Below are positions 24,985 to 40,700 of a stretch of 52,868 bases of DNA, piece by piece. This stretch comes from Seison nebaliae. Lineage: Eukaryota. Within the stretch, counting starts at the first letter, position 1, and each line of letters opens with the position of its first letter. The position numbers were made by a program, and so were the translations under genes. The DNA lies in NCBI GenBank assembly GCA_023231475.1, contig JALJEE010001876.1, positions 1 through 52,868 of the forward strand. The letters are read 5' to 3'. A model generated the notes under the pieces. The model saw nothing but the letters and a program-made list of their open reading frames with translations. It searched no databases and was not told where the DNA came from.

Positions 24985-27900
24985 CTGACATATGAAGAAA
25001 TAAAAATAATAACAACATTATTATAATATGTTTACCAATTGTCTTATTTTATAATTTCAACAATAAAAATATTAGTCTAGTCGAAATCCTCCACAAAATT
25101 GTTATTCTTCATCTCCTATTCTGATAACTTCTTCAACTTGTCCACTACTTTCTTCTCAATACAACAATTCTTAATAATAAGAATTTCTCTTCGTACCGTT
25201 CTTTACTTAAGAAGAATAGTTCTGCAAATAAAACGTAACTCAACATTCATTCGTCACTTGAACAATTTAAATGTATAAATTTATTTATTTACTTAATCTC
25301 TCAATCGAATTACCTCATTTCACATAACTGACACAATCGTATGGATTTCGTCCATTTCTTTTTAAAGTTTATACATTTATCATAAATCGTTGAGATCTCA
25401 ACAACATTTCATTAATCTCATTGGGATACTTTTCGTTTTTGATAAGTGTAAACAAAGTATTCGGCACATTCCAAATGAATAAACAACGAAAGATAAACCG
25501 AATTATATTTGTTTTAGCAAAAAATTTATTCTCTTATCAGAACTTTAATTTAATCGGTATATGAATATAAATTCATTATGTACTTTCCAATTACATTAAC
25601 ACACTTTAACGATATTGTTCTATGAGAAGAAGAGTGGGTTGATTACTATAAAAGAAGAAGATAGAAATAATGAAACCGCATTAAACAACTAGACACAAAC
25701 TAAACAACATCAAAATGTAATCAATCGAATAATGTTAAGAAAATATGTGCCACTACAAACGGAAGTCTGTGCGATGGATGTGTAACATTACGTTCAACAT
25801 CGGTTCCACTTCTAGTACCACTTCATTCCAATATTCATCAAAACGTCAATAGACAGATTATAGTGAAAAGGAAGGAAATCGTAAAAAAATTAGCAATCGA
25901 ATTTTTATTAAAAATTTTCCGTGACTATTTCTCCCAAAAACTATGTATTCCTTCCACTCCTTCTTTTCTTTCCTAAAATGAAACATTTGATGAAAAATAT
26001 TAATATTTCTCCTCCGAAGCGAATCTTAATTCTGTTGACTAAGAAATCCTTTTTTTGTTTGAGCACAATCATCTCCTTTTTTTCGATCACCTTCTGTTGA
26101 TTGGAAAATTCTTTACGAAAAATTAGTTGGTGATACGATTGCATAAGAATTCATTAATAGATCAGAATATTTAGATGGAAATATTTATGAACGAAAAATA
26201 ATCCAATTAATTTTTTTCCGAAATACATGAACGAGAGTTCGTTCTTGAACTTTTTCCCAACATAGAAATTTCGGTGAGAATACTTTAAATTTTAGTGATT
26301 ATTCCTCATTTTTACTTCGTTCTCCGTGTCAGCTGCTTATGACATTCGGATTGTGAATTAATCTCAATTCTAGTTGATGCATAACCAATTTCTTTACTTT
26401 CAAAAATACTTTTCCATAATTGCTAATCATGAGAAAGAAATAGTCGGAAAAGGAGACAAAAGAAGCATTATTTACATTGTCAATTAACGTCAAACTGAAA
26501 CAATTGAATTCTTTTTAAGCATTCGAAAAATGGTTAGAGGGGAATGAATGGAATAAAAGATTAATTTAGTTTGATTGATATTTTATCAGGAATATAATGA
26601 TCAGATATAATGTCAGAAATTGTAAGTAATTAAATATGATTCTTGGCAATACTTCCATTTTTTAAAGAGTTATTATTATTATAATTCATATTTATTTACA
26701 TATAATTCTCTTCTGGAAAATATGAAAAAATATAAGAATAAAAGAAAAGATAGAATTGCCAAATGTAGACGAAGACATTTAATTCGGCGCAGATTTGATG
26801 CAGAAGATTGCGTAATGGAAACCTATTAAGAATGAAGAACTAAATGATAAAATTAAAACATTAGGTCTGATATTTGTGAATATTAGGAAGAAATTCTCAT
26901 AGTCGAATGGTGGATGGGATGATGCTAATGACGTAAAATGCGTAAAATTATCTTTTTTTTATCGGTCATCCTCAGTGACGTGCAGTCAGGCAAAACATTA
27001 GCATCGTAGGGAAATTATCGGTATAGCAATATGGTAATTACCTATTGATAAAAATGTTGAAGGAAAAGATATTAAAGAATTGGATGGATTATAATTTTGG
27101 TAAGAAACTAATCGGCTTTACATTGCTTGACATGATGATGATGAGAGATATGAAAAAATCAGTCTCAGTTGTCCGAGAAAAAATGGATGAAGTTATTTAT
27201 TTAAACAAATCCATTAGAAGGAAGGGGAAAAAATGAAATTAGAAGTGGAACATAATTAAGACGATCAGAAAAACGGAAAAGAATTGAAGAAGGAAGAAAT
27301 TTGTTTAGCAAACGAAATAATTGGGCGATATTCAATGACTTATATTACATAATATTCTCAGATATAGCTAGTATGTTGCTTTTCATATCACAGTGTTAGG
27401 ACCACTCACAGTAAGTCCGTACAAAAGAAGACATGCTAATTACTATCATGTTATTTTTAAACAAAACATTTCCATTTCACTTCTGATTGGCATCATGCAG
27501 AATATGTGTATATATATGTTGTAACATTTCTCCGCAGTTTTCGGGAGATAAAGTCGATTCTATTGAGTCATTCGTCGTTCACTCATTTATATATTAATTT
27601 ATAATCGTTAATATGGAAGAGGAAGTATTATTTCATATAATCAACATGTACCAAAATTGAACATAATAGAATATTTATTAATGAATTCATTCACGAATTG
27701 GGACGGGTATAAAAAAAGAAGAAAAATAAAACAACGAAGTTCATTTGCAATGAACTTCCTACGGAATTTACTTCTATGAATTCATTCATCTTATTCATCG
27801 CTCATTACGTAAGGCATTCCATGACCGATCAACCTGCTCCTTCAATTCATTCGTGTACATTCCAATTCAATTTTATCAACTTGCTCCTCTCATCTTCACT

Positions 27901-30814
27901 TCAACTATTCAATTTGTCTTATCTTTTTCCAGTTAGTACTAAAAGTTCTAACAGAAAAATTCTTCAGTTCTTTTAACTCTGAACTAAACAATTGAAAGTG
28001 GATGTTAGAAGTGATTATCATAACAAATGTATGTATAAGTTATAGAGTACAAAACAGGATGTATAACAAAAACTTTCCAATGATTCTTTCCAAGTGCAAG
28101 TTCCATATTCATGAAAATGTACATTTCCGTCAATTGGTCGAATAATGCCCAAAGGATAATTGTAAACCTTGTAAATTCTAGTAAACTGTCATCGAAGATG
28201 TTTATTCACTATTTTTCATTCTATTATGTAATTTTATTCAACAACTCTCAAACTTTCTAAATGTATAATGTCAATACCGAGTTTGACCGGAATTATTAAT
28301 AGGAATATTTGTTAGCTGGTTTATTTAGATAGATGGATAGATAGATAATGCTTATTTTTTCGTCCCTTATTTAGCTCATTAATTTTGACATATTATTGTT
28401 CGATATTTAAAATAAAGAAGACAGAAAATAATTAGAGAATGAATTGACATTTCGGAAGAGAAGGAAAATGCCAAATTCCTTCTCGACCAACATTCCTCTC
28501 GTCGAAAAGACACACGGAAAAACGGAATAAAGTGGATGTAAATGAATTTTGAAAAATGAACGTACACAAAAATAATTTCTCACCGTGATTAAAATAGATA
28601 TTATTAAAATATGGCGAGAGCTGTTAAGCTATCATTAAAGAAGATGCCGAGAATGCAGTCACATCCTTTGCCAGACAAAATGACATCTGTAGCCATTGCC
28701 ACTTACCACTCCAAAAGGCTAGAAGTACATTTCATTAAAAAGAAAGAATATAGAAGGAAAGAAAAAGACCGAAAGACAAGATTTTATTAAGAAACTGAAT
28801 AACCGGAAGAACAACAATAACAAAATTAACATCAACGACTATAACGGCAACAATAAGAACAACAGCAACGAATAGGACTTAATCGGAATGATATTAATAA
28901 AAATATTTTGAAAGAACATTTTTTTAAAGGTACATGTGATTTGAGTAAACGATGTGGAAAGTTGGTTCCATTCTCTCACATGCACCATCAGAGATGGACA
29001 GATACATGTCAAATCTGTTCAATTGAATGAGTAATTGTACATTCATTTTTTTCTCTACATTTCTTTATTAATTTCATCTCTTTCTTTCTTTCCTACCGAT
29101 ATTTTCTTTTAGAAATCTATTCTCATTTTCTTCAGTTTGAAATGATACTAAATTGAATGAAACGTTACAGTTCATCTCCAACTACAAATGGAGAATAGAT
29201 AAAGCTAAAACTTTCTCTTTCTCAACGTTTTGTTTAATGTCGTTCTCTCTTAACTAACCACTTCTCCTTCACATCAAAAAAAAAAGAAATTTGAATACTT
29301 GAGATTATCCATTAGCCAAACGTAGAATGATAAGGGTTCGATGAGAATACGAACGCCCGTAAGAGGGAAATATACACTGTACTCTACACTCATACCAAAC
29401 GAGGGAATGGTCAAAACAATAAACATATTCGAATTTCCCAACTATAATCAACCCGTTATTTTATTGGGAATGTGACTAAAGTTCTTGTTGGGGCAAATCG
29501 ATGACTTAGGGGAGATAAATCTATTTAGTCTATAATATTAAAAAACAATCGAACACGTACAATATCGCAGTAGTTCACAATCAAACAACAAATTTAAAAG
29601 TTCCCACAAAAAGAAACCTCAATACTTGTGAGGAGATTTTCTTCTCTAAATAATGAATCTCGCTAACTTCTTAATTCGTTCCGATTTGGTTTGAGATATT
29701 TATTCAGACAATTTATTATTCTATCAAATATGAGAGACTGTTTAAACAAAATATTAATTTTCATTAGGAATATTGTTGACAGAAATTCAGTGTCCCATGA
29801 ACGACAATATCCATAAGTACTTCAATCCTTCAATTGTCAGATGTGCTACGGACGACAGTGATGAAATTAATATAATTTAAATTTCTCTCTTCAAATAACT
29901 CTTCAAGTGGATTGTTGGGGGAATGCCTTTCTTCGTTTATTTTAAGCTTTTCTCTCGTCTACTATTTCCGTTAAACATGTTACCGTTGGCGAACGGAAGG
30001 TTCATGTCACCCACAGCAACTTTAATGACTTAACCGCATATATCTTCCTTTAGTCAATAGGAATATAACGATAAATTCTATCTGTTCGAACGAAAGTAAC
30101 TACATATTCCAATCGCTCATTAATTTAACCCTTAACTTCAATTTACCCTCTGAAAACTTATTCTTTAAAAATTCCCGTCTTCATGGCAATTCTTCAATCT
30201 TCCGACAAGAAAAATTACCGCCCTTGATCTTCGAACGATTTGTGAGAAGTTCCTGAAAAACAATTATCGAGAAATGTTTCATCTGCTAATGGGAATTTTC
30301 CATCGGAAATTAATTGATGATGTTTCTCTTCAGAATTTACAGTTAGGGTAAGGTGAAAAACATATTTACGAGTTAATCTCTACGATTATCTCTAACATCA
30401 TATTGAAAATTACACGAAAATATTTTTCAGATGAAAAATCCGGAAATTGTTCGAATATACTTTATTTCTATTTATGGTTACACAGAAGTGGAGAAGGAAC
30501 AGCAAAAAATAATGAATAATGTCTAAATGGATAAATGAGTTCTAACAAAGAAATTTACATTGAATTACCGAATTCCTTTTTTTTTGGGGTACAGTAAAGA
30601 ATAATTTACATACGTTCTTTCTCATTAGGAAACAAATATTTTCGTGAAATATTTCCAGCGGAATCGTCGAATGCGACCACAATAATGAAAGAAGTATAAT
30701 AGGAATTGAACGGTAAATTGGCGGTAATGATAAAACACTTCTCACCATGTTAGAAAGTCGAAGACAAAGAAAGAATAATAAAATAATGTTCCATAATTCT
30801 CAACTACTTCTAAC

Positions 30815-31147
30815 TCGAGTGATTTTTACCGAAATTGTTTGATGGGAAGAAAATGGAACCTGAACAAAACGATTTGTGTGTTTCCTTTTGGATTTTGTTG
30901 GTACATTTGACGAATCATCACTTGTCACTGTGGAGGATGAGAAGGAGGACGAAGTTGTGGTTGAAGACGCGGAGAAATTGTTACCCATCGATGTGGAATC
31001 ACTTTTCTGTTGTTCTCTTTTAAGACATGCAATTATGGGACTTTTTATTGTTGATGTATTACGTAGGTTTGTTGCCGCAATTGAATATGGTCGATAACAT
31101 TGGTGTTGCTCTTCTTTATGTAATTTTTTCGAGTCGCCTTCTTCTGT
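30815..31147 (-). CDS. Probable upstream coding exon of the AIP3-domain gene
   Basis: 333-nt stop-free exon (TEEGDSKK...ISVKITR) bounded by a CTAG acceptor and a GTTAGA donor. Phase 0 at both ends, compatible with the acceptor at 24984. Confidence 0.55.
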
Positions 31148-33692
31148 CTAGATTTGATGAAAATAAATAGAACGAAATAGAAATTAGTAGTTTGTGGTTT
31201 GGGAGAGGAGGCAAACACTGGTTGCCATAGATGAAATGGATGAGGTAATGAGTAAATGATGAAGGAAGAAGTGTTTCTTATTTATTCAATAATGATTGAT
31301 TATGTGTGAAATTCGATGAAAAGTAACCTACACAATTAATTTTTTCTGCTTTTACTTTTCTTCAACATTTATCTGGTCAAGAAATTTTTACCAAAATTTT
31401 TATTAGTTTTTTCTGATTACACTGATGATAATGGAGAAAAAATATTGATATTTAACAAAGTTAAGAATCTTAACTTAAGATAAAACGTTCGTAGTGGTAA
31501 GAATGAGATTGGATTGACTCGTCAACATTTCTCAATTCATCAAAAGAAGAAGGAAAATGAATATATATAAGATAGATAAACGTGAAGATCTTCATCATCG
31601 TCATCGTCATCACCATTATCATTCATTAGGAGGGATGACTGTAGAAAAAATACAACGAAGATGAACTAGATAGATTGAAGATAAATCTGTACTAGATTAT
31701 TTACCACTATCACCATTCTTTTAGGTCCAACATAAGTTCATTGTTTTTATTTCCCTACTGAAAAATTATTAAAGGAATTCATTTAACAACTATCTCACTT
31801 CGATCTGTTAGGATTAGGAGATTTGATTAATATGATAATAAATCAAGTTAATCTTTAAAAAACATTCTCTTTTTTTAGTAGTTGAATCGGAAATATTATT
31901 TCAATATTTTAAGGATCAAATTCTCTCCAAATTAACGGAGAATATAAATAGAATAATTTGTTTAGCTATTCCAGGCGACTTCGTCATCGGAGCAGAATGA
32001 AAAGTCAATCAGTTCAACTTTCCCATTTTTCAACTAATCCCTTATATCCAATTGACACTCAAACATTTACATTTACTTATTCTTCTGGTCCATTCCGAAC
32101 GAATTGTTTTCGGGTTTCTGAACTTATTCTACGTGCGAACGATTAAACAACCATCGTTGTGCAAGGAAAATAATTTCATGAATAAATTTAAGAGATTAAT
32201 AACAACAACATAATTGATATGATACTTTTTCACGGAAAACGATTATATGAACGACGGAAAAAAAGAAGGAAGGAAGGAAGACCTTTCGATAATCATATTA
32301 AGATAATTTTTATTAGAGTGATGGATATAGTTTAAGAATTTCTTTTCTCCAAAAAGTTAAACTACATATAAATCGAATAAAAGTGTCGTGTGGTGGTTAT
32401 ATTGAAAGTTTGCAAAATTATGTTTGTTTTTAAATCATCTCCATGAATAATATCGTGATTATAAAGACGATATAAATCACTAATAATTTTGTTAGTAAAA
32501 TGAAATAATTGGATGGTTCTCATCAATTCTTCTTCTCGTTCAATTATTTTCTTTTTCGATCAAATGAAGTTACATAAGGAAAGGATGTCAGAAAATTTGG
32601 TGAATTTCCGATTAAGATATTATGCAAGATGTAAACTGGTCATTATAAGATGAAGGAGCAAATTTTCTTGTTTCCTTCTTGCGCTTCAATTAATTTGAGA
32701 AACGAGTGGGGAGATCATTCAGATGAAGATTGATGATTCAATTCGTCCATCAAATTGATTCGTTGACATTGCATTATTAGCGAAATTACAAATAATTTTC
32801 TCATCATCATCATGTTTGTCGACAACACTACTTATGAAGTTAGAAGATAAAAAATTAGTTTCCGATAAATTGATCGTCGAAATTCTCTTCTTCCTCCTCA
32901 TCTCATATTCATTATCAACTAATCATATTAATATGAATGAATGCAAATGTAATGTAGCGAAAATGAATGAATCTTATTATGAAAGAATTCTCCTTTTAAT
33001 GATATTTTAATACATTCGAACAAACAACTAATCAGATGTTTTGAAAGAGAACTTCTGAATGATGTTGGAATGTACCAAAAAATGATGTAGACCAACTGTC
33101 CCTCATTTATTCCATGATTACCCGGGGAATCAAATAATGACATATGATCTTTCCAATCGAATCGAGAATAAAGGAAATGTTTAATTTTCCATACTGATGG
33201 TGAGAATGATGATTATGATAATGCTCTGCCTCTTCATCGTAATTAACAGAGCTGAACTATCTGGAAAGCGGTGATATTTTCCGTTGAACATAATGTAAAT
33301 GATAGAATTCCTTCATTTAATCGTCGGTTATTTATGTGAGAATTCAAAAGATTTAATGATCATCATAAAATCTGTTTACAATCTCATCATTAATATAATT
33401 AAAATTTCCCCAAAAACTTATTAATCAAATGCTGGATAATAAATAGGAGGATCCAACAATCATATTATATGAACAGATGGTAACCAAATTTTTATGGTAC
33501 ATTATTCTATTGATGTTCATACTTCTACTACTCTTCCTAATACTACCATTACTATTGTATCTGTTACATCTTTTTTATTCTATATTTGATAAAACCATAT
33601 TTTGTTGATGTCACCATTATTTTATGATTTCGTTTATTATTGTTGATGTTTCTTTGTGAGGATTTTAATCATGATTATGCGAATGGACTAAC

Positions 33693-34268
33693 AACATTAA
33701 TATTTGATATCTCAGGAACTTGATCAACAGATATTGACCGCTTGGTGGATTGATGCACAAGAGTATCGTCCTCTTTCTCGTCGTTAGTTGATATTAATGA
33801 AACAGATTTCCCATTATTACTGTTAGAGTGACTTCTGTCATTCTTTCGGAAGAAGTTGATGTCGTTAAGTTTTATAAGTTTCTTGTTGAACGAGGGAGAT
33901 ATTTTCAACGTCGTTCTCGATAAATCATAAACTTTTCGAGATAATTGATCAGATTTATGTCGTATTAAATTCCCACTTAAACTTTGCGTCATCGTGTTAA
34001 CGAAAGTGTTCGAGAGTTTTCTTGATTTATCATAAACTTTATGAGAATGTTCCCAATTGGTCTGATGTTGGAAATGATTTCGGTACGCTTGGCACAACTC
34101 GAGTGAAACAGCTGAGTTTTTCTCATTTGTCTCGCCAGGTCTCCCAACTCCATCTGAATAGTTACTCTGGTAACGGCATGGAATCTCTCTAATATTATCA
34201 TTATATTCCACTGCACTATTAAACTTTACATGATGACGAATATCGTTATCGTAATTTCGATTTACCAT
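33693..34268 (-). CDS. Probable alternative first coding exon of the AIP3-domain gene
   Basis: 197-aa ATG ORF with a phase-0 GTTAGT donor a few codons before its stop. Confidence 0.5.
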
Positions 34269-36924
34269 ATTCCTTCATTCACGAAATGTTGCGAGACAAC
34301 AATTTTTCTTAGTCATTTGTGGAAAAAAAATTCATTTTTTGTCTGTTGAAATAACAAATTAGGATAAGTTGTATATAATTCCAATAAATAAATGAAAATA
34401 TTCTTTACTATCAAAAAAAAAATATTGATCAACTGAAACTCGATGATAAACGAACGAGAAATTTTTTGCCGAGGTTTTACACAAAAATAAATGAACGGAA
34501 AATTGATGGAATGATACCAGTCCATAACTTAAATTAACTGCATAAAAAACAAAGTAATCCAAGAGCGGAGAATAAAAAAAGATTTATTTATGATACAAAT
34601 TCGATTAGAATGAATTTTCAATTTCTTCAATTTGACACGTTGTAATATGACGTATAATTTTCCTTATATAAACTTATGTAATAAATCATAAGTAAATAAA
34701 TGAAAGAAACATAAAAAAAAATTCAGGAACTTCTAGAAATGTGCATTAAATTTCTCCAACCATCAATAGAAGTAAGTAGAATATTGAAAGGAGGAATACC
34801 TGACGTAAGGACATGTCGATTTGCATAAATAGTCTTTTCTGAAAAACGAAAACAAGTTGATCGTCGAAGAAACGATGAGAAGTTGTTACATAAAACTCTT
34901 CTTTATTTCAAATATCGGATGGAATGAAATCTTTCTTTCTTTTCTTTCATTAAATTCGCATGCAGTTTTCTACTTGCACTACAACATGAAAAAGGCTCAT
35001 TTGTATCAAAAGTATTCAGGAAGGAACTATATCAAATAAATTTTCTATTCATCTTTCTCTCACTCTTTATCCCACAATCACAATATTCCTCAATATATCG
35101 ATGTAATAATATTTATATCAAATTTCATTTTCTTCTTCCATTTCATAATACATAAACATTATCATAGACATACAAATAAGTCAGACCGATACTTAATACG
35201 AAATTTCCACTAATTATATAATTGAGTAAATTTTCCGTTAACTCTAAATTTCGAATCCTCACAAAAGTTCTTATTTCCCACCATTCGAATTCCACTCAAA
35301 TTCGTAGTAGTTTCCAATTAGGAAACTTTCTTTTTTAGTTTAATTGTAGTTATTCTAATTTCATGTAATTATTACTTGAATAGCAAATGAATAAGAAGTA
35401 AAGTATAATTGTATCGATGCGAGAGCATCATCTGACAATAAGATGAATTTCAAAATGATTTGTTTGAGAATAATATTTATGATATTTACTATGGTTAATC
35501 GAAAAGGAGAAAGGAATCATACCAGCTGATTATTTCTCCCAAAATAAAGTACTTATATCAATAAAGGAATTCTTCTGATTCTTATGATAATTATCTTTTA
35601 CTTTCCTGTCAATATCAGACGATCATTTCCATAAAAATAATCAACGCACTTATCTATTGTCAAATCCACTTATGGTAGAAATCGCCGACGTACAATCATT
35701 CAAACCATTTAAAAGGTACTTCATATATCGTTGTGATTAGTATTTTAAGAAGAAGAAGAAACCGCAACAAAAACGAAAATGTGAGAATATTAAAAACGGA
35801 ATTTCCATGTCCAATATGTATTCTGAAAAACATAAAATGATATTGTTAAGATGTTATACGACTATCTCCCCGATTAATTTATCGGGTCTAAATGTGCGTA
35901 AAATTATTTGCGAATGCTTCTTATTGAGGTTTAACATCGTCGTAACACCTCATCCCAAATTAACGATAAATTCCCTTATAAATAAATAAGGAAATGAATA
36001 AGATGTAACATCTCAGTTAGTTACATCATTAAGCGCAACAAATCGTCTTATGACAAGAAAGCGTCTGTCGTCAATCCTGTCGATAAAGACATTAAAGAAA
36101 ATAAGAATAAAAAAAATCGATATGGAAGGAAGCATCATGTTTCCAAATGAATAATTATTATAAAATGTATAGATAAATGGAATTTAATGTTCTGCATATA
36201 TTCAGATCGCTCAACTTATTGTAACAATCCGCTACACTATGAAAGAAGGAGAAGTACCTCAACTTTCAACTACACCTAATAAGTACTTCTTTCTTTGAGT
36301 ATACGATGAAATATTTATTCATTTAATCGTACGAATAAACTGGATAATAATCAATAATTATAATGCTCTCAGTCACTCATTCAATTTTCTGATCATGAAA
36401 CGAATTATCTTGGGAAATTCAATAAATCGTCCACTGCCTAATTATTCTTCTTCGAATCGAAATGACACCTAATACTAAACTCTCTGGAATAAAGGTTGAT
36501 GATATTCACTCTAATTCAATTGCATTTATTCTGTTCAATTATATATGAGTGAAAATAACTATAATTTAACGTTCATTAATCCAATTGGAAATGTGTAAAA
36601 GGAAAACTAAAACGAATAATTTCGAAATTTGTAAGACCTAAACTTTAGGTTTAGCTCCACCTACACATTTTCTTTTTATGCATAACTTGTAATTTTCTCA
36701 ATCATCATCGTCCTCTTAATTTCCTCTTGTTTAATGTCGACTCTCTCGCAATATGAAAGACAGTTAATATATTATACTCCGATTATCAGTCCAAGGAAAA
36801 CTATTTTTTAGACTTGTTTCATTTTGAACTGTTATGGACAATAACATCCAATTTCTTTCATTTTTTTTCGGGTAACAATAATTCATTGTTTATATCTTTC
36901 CAAAATCGCATATCAATGACTAAC

Positions 36925-37737
36925 CGTAAGTGTCGAATTGGAAGATGCGATGGACGAAATTTCATGCTCTCTGTCCTTCAAACAATTGGGAATATTGTAC
37001 AATTCTCCTGAGTTTCCGCTGTAGAATGTCATCGGAACATAATTCATTCTCTTTGATTCTTCGTATGAATTTGAAAGTAAATCGTTGTCGATTTGTTCCA
37101 CATTCTCCGTTTCGTCAGAACTATTCGTTCGAATTGTTCCATTATCATCATTATCGTCGTCGTTGATGTCTTTCAAATTCCGTCCGTTAATCACGTTGTC
37201 CAAATCAGACGCGATCATTCCACTGCTGACTAATGACGAAAATTTTTCATTCGGTATTTCGCTATCCATCGTCTTCGCTACTGTTTCTGTCATGTTCCTC
37301 CTCTCAATCTTACTTCCCATTGTGGTGGTAGTGACGGCGGTGGCACTGATGTCTCGTACGAAGAAATTATTACTTAATGTGTTAATGTCAGGTGTCGTCG
37401 CTAATAATAGAGGAACTACTGTACCCATTTTGACAATCGTCTCACCATCTCGTCCACACATGTTCTTAATGGCATCAATATTCATCAATGGTGTCGTATC
37501 CTTTTTCGTCGGTTTTCCGTTATACGGCGACGTTGACCAAATGTAGGAGAAAGATTTGCGTTTTTTCACTTTCTTGTCTTCTGAGAATTTCGACGAATTG
37601 TCGTCCGACTTGTCATTTGCGAAATTAACAGTCGATAGCAGTCTCGATGGTGCATACTCTTCGCATTTTTTATCTGATATAACTGGGTCGAAAATGACAT
37701 GACGTTGAGGTTTTGTTATTGGTTTGGCTGATGTCAT
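36925..37737 (-). CDS. Probable alternative first coding exon of the AIP3-domain gene
   Basis: 274-aa ATG ORF (disordered, S/T/D-rich) ending ACG|GTTAGT at phase 0. Confidence 0.5.
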
Positions 37738-40700
37738 TCTTCCATATTATACCTCGAATTCACTCTTTATCAATCTATCTATTACGAAATGAAAAATTAA
37801 TTAAACATAAGAATTAATAATGCCTCATAAAAAATCGCTTTCTTCTCTCACAGAGAAATAATTTGACAAAATTATTTATTAAATCGAATTCGATTAAACT
37901 CTTGTTTGTCAATTCCATGAATTGAGCGGGAACATCTGAAGAAAACCATTTATCTGACTATAATATTAGTATAACATGATGGAGATAAACATGAAATTAA
38001 CCATAATAATTGTGAAAATTCTTTATACCATTCGAATGGTCGGAAAATTCATCGATAATTGATATAAAGAAAATTCCTTAATATTTTACGTATTCTTACC
38101 TCTCAAGAATGTATTTCATTCGGAGGGGGAATAGAAACAAAAGAACTTGTAACCACCACTAAAGTAAATACATATCATGACGGTGGTGTGAGAATAAATA
38201 AATAAATAACTGAACCGATTATTGTACATGAGAGAGAGACTCAATGAGAATATCTATTAGAATGATTTGTAGAACTCCTTCTCCTGAACGGATGAGAATA
38301 TCTCGAAATAACTTAATTAAATAAGTACGACAGGTGCATAGTAGCATATGATCTATTATAATAGATCGAATTACTTCGCTGTAGATCGTCAGAATATTGA
38401 CGATGATGATGATGATAAGATGAGATAGTATATTGATGATGGTGGGAAAGAATGCGAGAAATCTCTTCGCAAATATATCACTAATACTCTAATTAGTTTT
38501 CCTTTCACGGATAAACCATAAGAAATTATCGATTTTAAAAATACAATTCCAATTACATAATTTATTTTCCTTTACACGAACGTATCGAATTAAATATGAA
38601 TGGATCTGAATGAGCTTGAAAGATAGTAGGAAATTGGATTAAAAATATATTACCTCAACAATGTCATTGATTATTGAAGTTAAGGATCTAATGAAAAAAG
38701 TTTGTCGTTTGATTAACGCATATTGAGGAAATGGGATCAATCTTGCATTAGTTTCCTCTTGACGTAATATGAGATAGGAAGAAAATTTTATGTTTCACTT
38801 ACATGTCGGAGGTTGTTAAGTTTTGTTTTTAGAGAATTCAATTATTCCCAGAAAAATTGTTTATGAAGTCTCGCAAGTATTGAATATTATCTTGAAAGAT
38901 TGATTAATTCATTCGATCATTTCACGAACTAACCGGAAAATGTAGACAATAGGAAAATGAACGGGAAAGTCAAGAAGGGGAAAAACTTTCATTCTTCTAA
39001 CCACAAGACGATGAAATTAAATTAGAAACATCTCGAAACATGGGATAATAAATGATTAATTCGCCGCTAGTCCCTAATGAGTATTTTCAAATGGAAATGT
39101 CATACGCGCGAACTAACATAATGCATCAATATTCCGCTTGGAATTTCCGACTGTATCAACGGAATGATGAATGAACGAATTCAATTAAATCGGAATGGTT
39201 GCAGATTCATAAAAATATGTACCATAACTACAGTCCTGGATACATGGAAATCCCACATTTACTCTACCAAAATCTACATTAATACTGTAACATTTTTATA
39301 TGAGAAATAAATAATATTACAAATTGACATAAAAGTCAAATTTTCATTGAATTCTGATTGATATTTTTGATATATCACTCTATCCGCTTCACATATGATG
39401 ACGTACTTACATGTCTCTTAATAACCACAACATGTCTTCTGATCACACAACAAAAAAAGAGTATTATTTGCAGAATTATGTACGTACATTGTATTATCTT
39501 ATGTATTAGTAAATATCCTTTAAAACAAAATAAATTTGCTTCTTTTCCCTAACCAGCCAAAATCTCACACTAACGGTCTGTCTCTCCAATGTACACCAGT
39601 TCATCTTCCAGTTCAACTATCCCGAGTCCAGTTAGTAACTGGCAGTTCGTTAGGTTAGAGGAATTGTAAAAAAAAATTTCAGTAAAGGTGTGTATCATTG
39701 TGTCGAATTATGTTGACATATGTTATGTTGATGAAAAAACACTTAAAAGAAGCAGTTTTATTAATAAGTCTCCCAATTTTCTTATAGTTGTAACCACAAC
39801 TTATAAGGTTTCTCCAATAACTCACGCTAATGGGGGGGCATACATATTCAAACTCTGAATTTCAGAGAAATACAAGAGACAACTCTACTAGGTACATATT
39901 GATGGAGTCTGAGTGTAGGAATGTTAAATAACTTTCTGAATGAAATGATTATGATGAATTGGATCATTATTCACGAATCTTTCTTCCGCCGTTTGAGTTT
40001 TCTTCACTTCTCACGCAAATAATTGTTTATCTAACATTAATAATATGATTTCTCAGAAAAAAATACTCATATTCTCACACGACTCAGAAAATGAAAGATT
40101 ACTTGAATAGTTTCTTTATAAACATTCTCCGTTGTACTATCCAAGAAAATGGGTGAGGTCTAACCGCGAGAATTGTAAAATGAATGAAAAGAGAGAATTG
40201 TTCCCATTAGAAGACTTGTAAATTGGAATATTTATAGATAATAGGAGCAGCTGTTATTGCCATTGCATATTTCGATTAAATAAGTAATTGAGATTACCAA
40301 GTGGTATCATACTGTGAGTTGCTAAATTGTACTAATAATAAGGAAATTTTAATTCCACTTTATTCGTTCGAAGAACTTTCCTTATCTTCCGAAAATTCTA
40401 TTTCTCTTCGAAAACAAGTCGAGTATCAATGGAAATTATATTGCCACTCTTAGAAGAAGAATAGAATTGAAGGAAGAAATGAACTAATGATAATTATGTC
40501 ATTGAGTCCACACATATAGATCTTCCTCTGTTTGTTATGTAATCAAATTAGGAGCATAGAAGAAACTCTCATATACATTTTTCCTCTTATTATGAATAGG
40601 CAATGGAACGTTTAAGAGTGTCATATGAAGATTTTTAATTTACATCCTTCTTCTTCTTCGTTCCAACTCGCATCAATATAAATAAAAATTCCAATAATGA

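Noticed and set aside
27385..27392. TATCACAG, a miR-2-family seed-like sequence
   Set aside because: Only 8 nt match, and it does not sit in the stem of a convincing pre-miRNA hairpin.
28612..28790. About 59-codon plus-strand ORF in a GC-richer patch
   Set aside because: Short, with no motif or splice support; may be TE debris.
39570..39605. Minus-strand peptide ELVYIGETDR resembling a Penelope GIY-YIG motif
   Set aside because: Followed immediately by a stop, with no upstream GIY/GVVY half and no RT nearby.
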